DNA of 64,000 nt from Methylococcaceae bacterium UBA7658 (GTDB lineage: Bacteria > Pseudomonadota > Gammaproteobacteria > Methylococcales > Methylomonadaceae): assembly GCA_002483425.1 (NCBI GenBank), contig DLHW01000071.1, positions 29,163 through 93,162 of the forward strand. The letters are read 5' to 3'. The notes under the pieces are model-generated. The model saw nothing but the letters and a program-made list of their open reading frames with translations, was not told the origin of the DNA and did not search any database. This document shows, one piece after another, positions 58,726 to 64,000 of the stretch; the first letter of the stretch is position 1; every line of letters starts with the position of its first letter. The translations under genes and the position numbers were made by a program.

Positions 58726-59370
58726 ATGAATAAACTAAATCAACCGGTTACGATTAAGGGGCTAAGAACCGTTTTTAGCCGATGTTTGCTAGGACTGATT
58801 TGTTGGACAGTAACGGCATGTCAGGTTGAAAAGCCAATGCAAAGTTCGGCGCAAAATCAAAACGCAATGAACCCCGTAAATCGCGTCGGCTGGCGAGCGT
58901 TGCTGATGTGGAATGACGACTGCGAACAAGCCTTTCTCAGTACGCAAGCTACCGGTTATTCCGGGGTGGAAACCTACGCCTTGGCTAAAGACGATACTCT
59001 TGTCATCGTGATGTGCGCCGTTGCCAGTTATCAACCATCGTTTTTATTGTACCGGCTGCAAGCCTTTACAGCGCAACCGCTTACGTTGACAACGTATCTT
59101 TCAAGCGATGGCGAAACCTTGCAACGGGAACGTCAAAACGAACTCTGGGGCGAACCGGTTTTTTTTAAAGATACAGGGAAATTAATCATTTTCACCGCCG
59201 CAAGACAAACCAAAGATTGCGGCACATGGGCCCAATACGGCTTCACTGCGGAGTCCGCAACATTAGAAAAGCTACATTACCGGTTACCTTGTCCTGCCGT
59301 TCCGGTAGAGCCTTTAACCGTTAATCCGGTGATCCCGCCTGCACACTGGAACCCTTATGCTGTGAAATAG
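58726..59370 (+). CDS. Hypothetical lipoprotein
   Basis: Start at the ATG preceded by GAGGGGG. Signal plus lipobox (WTVTAC). 214 aa with several conserved-looking Cys. No family recognised. Confidence 0.55.
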   Translation: MNKLNQPVTIKGLRTVFSRCLLGLICWTVTACQVEKPMQSSAQNQNAMNPVNRVGWRALLMWNDDCEQAFLSTQATGYSGVETYALAKDDTLVIVMCAVASYQPSFLLYRLQAFTAQPLTLTTYLSSDGETLQRERQNELWGEPVFFKDTGKLIIFTAARQTKDCGTWAQYGFTAESATLEKLHYRLPCPAVPVEPLTVNPVIPPAHWNPYAVK

Positions 59371-59480
59371 TTCACTGCTAACCTCATTCGAAAATTGCTA
59401 GAATCAAGTAGAGACAAGTAAGTTTGAAAACAAATCCAATAGGATATTGGCAACTGTTAAAATCGCTACTGGAGAATAAC

Positions 59481-60107
59481 ATGAATATCGATCATGCTAC
59501 TTTTTTTAACGGCTACCGTGCTGCATTCGGCAAAATTAAACAAGACACGGTTACCGGTATCGAATTACTGGGACGGCAAATGGAAACCGATCCTGAAATC
59601 AAGGATCTACGTTGGGCCGCTTACATGCTAGCGACCGTAAAACACGAATGCGCAGACCGTTGGCGTCCCATTTCCGAATTCGGGAAGAAAAATTATTTCG
59701 ACAAATACGAGCCGTGGACAGCCATTGGAAAAAATTTGGGTAACACCGTAAAAGGCGATGGCTGGAAATATCGCGGACGCGGCTATGTTCAGATCACGGG
59801 CCGCGCCAATTATGGCAAATTAAGCAAAGCTTTGAACTTACCGCATGAACAAAACCTGATCGATAATCCCGATAATGCGCTTATTCCTGCGATTGCTTAT
59901 CGAATCATGTCCTACGGAATGCGGTGCGGTATTTTTACGAGTAAAAAACTGGAAGACTACATAGCGGGCGATCATTGTGATTACAAACAAGCACGCAAAA
60001 TAATCAACGGTTTAGATCAGTGGGAACGAATCCTAGGCTATGCCCAAAAATTTGAAAAAATCCTAAAAGTTTGTGTCGCCGAGGTAAAAGCCAAGCAGCC
60101 GTCTTAA
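59481..60107 (+). CDS. Glycoside hydrolase family 19 (chitinase/endolysin-like) protein
   Basis: 208 aa from the ATG preceded by GGAGAA. Motif GDGWKYRGRGYVQITGRANY, characteristic of GH19 / COG3179-type enzymes. Confidence 0.75.
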   Translation: MNIDHATFFNGYRAAFGKIKQDTVTGIELLGRQMETDPEIKDLRWAAYMLATVKHECADRWRPISEFGKKNYFDKYEPWTAIGKNLGNTVKGDGWKYRGRGYVQITGRANYGKLSKALNLPHEQNLIDNPDNALIPAIAYRIMSYGMRCGIFTSKKLEDYIAGDHCDYKQARKIINGLDQWERILGYAQKFEKILKVCVAEVKAKQPS

Positions 60108-60361
60108 GCTTACCGGTAAAACATTGAAGGAGTAGAGGAAACAAAACGTAGCGGTGTTATTACGACGACTCCCGTGTAGCCGTAAAGCCGTGGGCTATAA
60201 CGGCGTTGTGGCGCGAGCCAAAGCAAAGTCAAAATGCGAGCGTTCAGACAATACGCAGGTTCAAGGCGAGGAGCATGGCCTAGCTTTTGTTCTTCGTCTT
60301 TAAACGCAGCAGGACGAACGCAGGCAACCGAAGACAAATACGATCAGGCTATTATTGATCT

Positions 60362-61645
60362 TTACCTTGCATTATTAAGTTCATTCGAAAGCAAAGCATA
60401 TATTTTCTTTGTGGCGCCACGATTAGTCAGTAAGAAACGCTTACCGTTCTCCGTTAAGGATCGACGACGATTACTATCAAAATATAACAACCGGATAGTG
60501 TGCTCCAGGGCAATTCTATCGTTGCATTGAAAAGCGGCATCGGCAGCCAGCACTTTAACGGCAATATCCTTAAAATTGGTCATATAAGTACCGAACAACA
60601 CAGGAACCTCAGCCGCCGCCGCTTCCAGCAGATTATGTCCGCCAACTGGCACTAAACTGCCGCCGATAAAGGCTACATCCGCAGCCGCATACAGCAACTT
60701 TAACTCACCCATCGTATCGGCTAAATATATATCGGTAGTGTGATTACAAATAGCCTGGGCTGTTCGTTTTACGGTTTTAAGCCGGTATCGTTCGCATAAG
60801 TCATAGACTTCTTGAAACCGTTCGGGATGTCTTGGCGCAATAACCAATAATAATTCGGGAATACTGGCTTTAAGAGCCTTATAACTTTCTAAAAGCTGTT
60901 GTTCTTCGCCGTAATGAGTGCTCGCGGCCAAACAGACAAACCGTTTGTTGAAAGAGGAAAGTTTCAGTTGCCTTCCAGCTTCTAAAGATTCTTGAGAAAC
61001 TTCGATATCGAACTTTATGTTACCGGCTACGAACACGGAGCCGGGATTCGCGCCAACTGAAATATATCTTTGGGCATCTTCTTCTGATTGCGCTGCTATG
61101 ACTTTTATAGTTTGCAGCACTGGTTTAATCAGCATTGGAATTTTTTTGTAGCCCTGCGCCGAATTAGCCGACATGCGCGCATTGATAACATAAAGCGGGA
61201 TATGATTTTCACCGCAATAAGAAAACAGATTAGGCCAAATTTCCGTCTCCACTACGACTGCGAGAACGGGTTTAAAACTACCCATGAACCGCTTGACCAC
61301 GATAGGAATGTCATAAGGCAGATAAACATGCTCAACCAACTCGCCCATAACGGCGCGAACTCGGGCGGAACCCGTGGGCGTTGTCGTGGTAATTAAAAGC
61401 CTTGTTTGTGGAGAATGATCCTGAAAAAGCCGGATCAATGGAAATAAAGCTTCCGCTTCGCCTACGGAAACGGCGTGAAACCAAACCACGCTCTGCGGCA
61501 CAGTCTTTGGATAAAATGCGAAGCGCTCCGCCCAGCGCAGCCGGTAATCCGGCGCTTTTAAACTACGCCAGATCAGGCGAAGCAATATGAAGGGGATAAG
61601 CAGATAAAAAAAAATGGAATAAAGTATTCTCATCAACCGGATCAA
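60362..61645 (-). CDS. waaA: 3-deoxy-D-manno-octulosonic acid (Kdo) transferase
   Basis: 427 aa. N-terminal membrane anchor then RWAERFAFYP...WFHAVSVGEA motif. C-terminal GGSLVPVGGHNLLEAAA. Confidence 0.93.
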   Translation of the reverse strand: MIRLMRILYSIFFYLLIPFILLRLIWRSLKAPDYRLRWAERFAFYPKTVPQSVVWFHAVSVGEAEALFPLIRLFQDHSPQTRLLITTTTPTGSARVRAVMGELVEHVYLPYDIPIVVKRFMGSFKPVLAVVVETEIWPNLFSYCGENHIPLYVINARMSANSAQGYKKIPMLIKPVLQTIKVIAAQSEEDAQRYISVGANPGSVFVAGNIKFDIEVSQESLEAGRQLKLSSFNKRFVCLAASTHYGEEQQLLESYKALKASIPELLLVIAPRHPERFQEVYDLCERYRLKTVKRTAQAICNHTTDIYLADTMGELKLLYAAADVAFIGGSLVPVGGHNLLEAAAAEVPVLFGTYMTNFKDIAVKVLAADAAFQCNDRIALEHTIRLLYFDSNRRRSLTENGKRFLLTNRGATKKIYALLSNELNNAR

Positions 61646-62033
61646 TATACTACCGGGCGAAAGCCTTGAAATCCGGTAAACTATGGCTTCACATAGCCTA
61701 ATTGTGCATATCCGGTTTTCAAATTCTTCTCAATCAAACAGGCGTTAAGTCCGGTATAGCGGGCACCCCTTGACTGATCTAAGGAACCATGAGCGCCGGA
61801 AAGGTTAGTTTTAAAAAAAGTGCAATAGAACCAAGATTATTTAATCCGCTTTATCGTATTTATCCCGATGCTTTCAAGAATTTTTCAAGCACACCACTAT
61901 ATTTTCGCAAAAGCTGATGGGAGCTCGCGACACTGTTTTAGCAGCACAAAATAACGTATGATTCGGGTTCCAAATAAGGAAGGCCGTTCATTGGACTACC
62001 GTTCAATTTGGACCTTCCCGTCTACACGGCGAA

Positions 62034-62483
62034 TTAAGCTTCCGGTGAGATTTTGATCGACATCGTCACGGTAACATCGGAATGCAAACTCACGTCGATA
62101 TCGTAATCGCCAACATGTCTAATTGCGCCGTTTGGCAAACGAATTTGTTGCTTTTCAACTGCTCCGCCAGCTTTAATAATCGCGTCGGCGATATTATGCG
62201 TCCCGACAGAGCCGAATAAACGGCCTTCGTCGCCGGCTTTATGGGTAATGACTATTTCGAGTTTACTCAATTTTTCAGCGTGCGCTTGAGCCGCATTTAA
62301 CTTGTCAGCAGCGGCTTTTTCAAGTTCGGCACGGCGCGCCTCGAACTCCGCGACTTTTTTTGCCGTTGCTAGCACGGCTTTACCTTGAGGTATCAAGTAG
62401 TTCCGTCCAAAGCCGCTTTTAATACTGACTCTGTCGCCTAAATTTCCCAAATTGCCTATTTTTTCAAGAAGAATGACTTCCAT
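62034..62483 (-). CDS. rplI: 50S ribosomal protein L9
   Basis: 149 aa. MEVILLEKIGNLGNLGDRVSIKSGFGRNYLIPQGKAV. Confidence 0.97.
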   Translation of the reverse strand: MEVILLEKIGNLGNLGDRVSIKSGFGRNYLIPQGKAVLATAKKVAEFEARRAELEKAAADKLNAAQAHAEKLSKLEIVITHKAGDEGRLFGSVGTHNIADAIIKAGGAVEKQQIRLPNGAIRHVGDYDIDVSLHSDVTVTMSIKISPEA

Positions 62484-62533
62484 TTTTAATCACCTCTCGG
62501 GTTTAACCGATTATTTACGCCCTAAGGCATTAT

Positions 62534-63421
62534 CTAAGTTTGATTCAAAGTTCGTTTTCGAATATCGAGCCATGTGTCGCTCAAACCAACCAATGCGACC
62601 GGCAATAAGCTATGCGGTATCAAAAACAGTGTTATATAAAACATCGGGACCGCGAATGGCCCAATTTTCATCGTTGAAAACAAAGTATGCAGCACGGCGG
62701 TGCCGACAAGGGTATAAAGCACAAACATTACTATGGCGGCGTTCCATGCTATTTGCGAAAACTTTCCGGTACTGATAGCAGCGGCTAATACCAGCAATAA
62801 CGTTACAATGGTTAAGCCCGGCTGTACTTTCAACGCCAAAAATTCCGCTTTAAAACCGCCAGGATTAAATAGAACGGCTTGCCACCAACGCCCTAGAAAC
62901 AAGCCTAAAGCCATGCCGAAAACCCCGCCCGCAGCCGCTATACCGGTCATATAAGGCGCCATAAGCTCGATCATATGTTGAGCGTCGTCCGCCGGCGCAT
63001 TGGCCGGCATCATTTTTTTCATGACTTCTTTCCACATGATTGCAGGATTGTCATTCAAAAAATAATAACCGGCAACGCACGCGACACCGATTAAAACGGC
63101 AATTTGCAAAGCGAGCGAGATATGCCGCCCTTCCCTGAGAACAATCGCCGTTATCCAAATAGGGAGCCACAATATCAGCGCGTAAAGCAAAATGAACAGG
63201 TAAGGCACCCGAATCAGCGTCGCCAGCAATGCTGCCGCCACACTGGAACAGAGGACTATAATAAACCCTTCTTGCGCGCCTTTTCTCAAGGTGACAAGCG
63301 CTACAGTCCCCGAACTAAGCATGCTAAGCGGCGCCAAAATCAACGATAACATCGCTAATGAAGACGCTACAAGCATGGCTTGCAGCCTGCCTCGCATAAT
63401 GTATTCGGCTAAAAACCGCAT
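62534..63421 (-). CDS. DUF2232 (YybS-like) polytopic membrane protein
   Basis: 295 aa with ~7 TM helices. Lies between rpsR and rplI, as YybS-type genes do. Confidence 0.6.
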   Translation of the reverse strand: MRFLAEYIMRGRLQAMLVASSLAMLSLILAPLSMLSSGTVALVTLRKGAQEGFIIVLCSSVAAALLATLIRVPYLFILLYALILWLPIWITAIVLREGRHISLALQIAVLIGVACVAGYYFLNDNPAIMWKEVMKKMMPANAPADDAQHMIELMAPYMTGIAAAGGVFGMALGLFLGRWWQAVLFNPGGFKAEFLALKVQPGLTIVTLLLVLAAAISTGKFSQIAWNAAIVMFVLYTLVGTAVLHTLFSTMKIGPFAVPMFYITLFLIPHSLLPVALVGLSDTWLDIRKRTLNQT

Positions 63422-63433
63422 ATTACGATATTT

Positions 63434-63658
63434 TTATTTATGTGCGTCGCAATAAGGCAATAACGCAATCATCCGTGCTCGCTTGATTGCTTTACAAAGC
63501 TCTCTCTGCTGTTTTGCGCTGTTTCCGGTGATTCTGCTCGGTACAATTTTACCGGTCTCTGTAATGTACTCTCTCAGCAAATCGAGATCTTTATAATCTA
63601 TCGTTGCTTCTTCTTCGTTTATACGGCTAACTTTTTTACGCCTAATCATACGTGCCAT
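63434..63658 (-). CDS. rpsR: 30S ribosomal protein S18
   Basis: 74 aa. [43 protein letters not shown]. Confidence 0.97.
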   Translation of the reverse strand: MARMIRRKKVSRINEEEATIDYKDLDLLREYITETGKIVPSRITGNSAKQQRELCKAIKRARMIALLPYCDAHK

Positions 63659-63681
63659 AACTATTCTCGGTATCCTATTGG

Positions 63682-64000
63682 TTAAATATTGTCTTCCGAC
63701 GCCGCTTCGTCATCAAAACTTTCTTCGACAAGCTCCTCTAGATCGATATCGTCATCGGCAAGTTCAGCCGCAGCGGCCGCTTCTTTAGCTAAAAGGCCTT
63801 TCGCTCTGGCTTCGGCCGCCTTATTCTCTTCCGCTGTGGCGGTTGCAATTGCCGATACGCCTGTAATTGCCGACTTTTGCACTAACGTCATACTGCGTAA
63901 AATAGCATCGTTGAATCTGAAGCCGCTTTCCAATTCGAGCAACGTCGGTTGATCGCACTCAATATTCATGAGCACATAGTGAGCCTTATGAATTTTTTTG
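63682..64000 (-). CDS. rpsF: 30S ribosomal protein S6, C-terminal part (5' end outside window), long acidic tail
   Basis: The frame is open to the window edge (...[34 protein letters not shown]). Position upstream of rpsR. The C-terminus is ...[27 protein letters not shown]. Confidence 0.9.
   Translation of the reverse strand, partial: KKIHKAHYVLMNIECDQPTLLELESGFRFNDAILRSMTLVQKSAITGVSAIATATAEENKAAEARAKGLLAKEAAAAAELADDDIDLEELVEESFDDEAASEDNI

Noticed and set aside
60110-60530. ORFs of 75 aa (minus strand) and 98 aa (plus strand) in and around the GH19-waaA spacer.
   Set aside because: They overlap each other and, for the 98-aa ORF, the 3' end of waaA. Their sequences look like repeat-derived pseudo-peptides.
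61789-61917. 42-aa plus-strand ORF (MSAGKVSFKKS...) in the waaA-rplI intergenic region, preceded by AAGGAA.
   Set aside because: The SD-like motif is only 2 nt from the ATG (poor spacing), and no other support exists.

Overview
This is a 64-kb chromosomal window from a Gram-negative, gammaproteobacterium-like genome. Genes are mid-GC, with several clearly AT-rich intergenic or accessory patches. I recognised no rRNA, tRNA, CRISPR array, transposase or integrase. Housekeeping backbone: dnaB-alr; sdhCDAB (minus strand); aceE-aceF-lpdA; fabI; a yheS-like ABC-F ATPase; nrdR-ribD-ribE-ribBA-ribH-nusB-thiL-pgpA; waaA; and rpsF-rpsR-DUF2232-rplI (minus strand, rpsF runs off the window). Accessory and envelope content: the 3' part of an RTX repeat protein with near-identical 336-bp tandem units; an orphan AAA/ABC-type ATPase followed by an AT-rich patch holding a decayed DUF2335-like gene; an ImpA/M60-like secreted metalloprotease; an MgtC-DUF4010 membrane protein; a 1203-aa ExeM/NucH-type extracellular nuclease; a DUF900-type lipoprotein hydrolase; an SDR / membrane protein / DCC trio; a truncated PD40-repeat protein; an NdvB-like GH17-GT2 fusion; an incomplete peptide-type ABC importer; an NlpE-like lipoprotein; a double methyltransferase; a TonB receptor / YfiR / hybrid kinase / GGDEF-EAL operon; and a GH19 protein. 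Three observations stand out. (1) The normally compact riboflavin/nusB/thiL operon carries four intrusions: a hairpin repeat element read through in frame inside ribD, a very AT-rich 4-TM orphan gene between ribD and ribE, a Cys-rich small ORF, and a frameshifted relE/stbE toxin remnant. (2) A YfiR-type periplasmic regulator is wired to a TonB-dependent receptor, a hybrid histidine kinase and a separate REC-GGDEF-EAL protein, instead of the classical YfiB/YfiN partners. (3) Several unexplained structured or bounded non-coding elements occur: a long inverted repeat upstream of the MgtC-family gene, and a promoter-terminator bounded ~260-nt unit upstream of sdhC. All family assignments come from motif recognition by eye and need HMM/BLAST confirmation.
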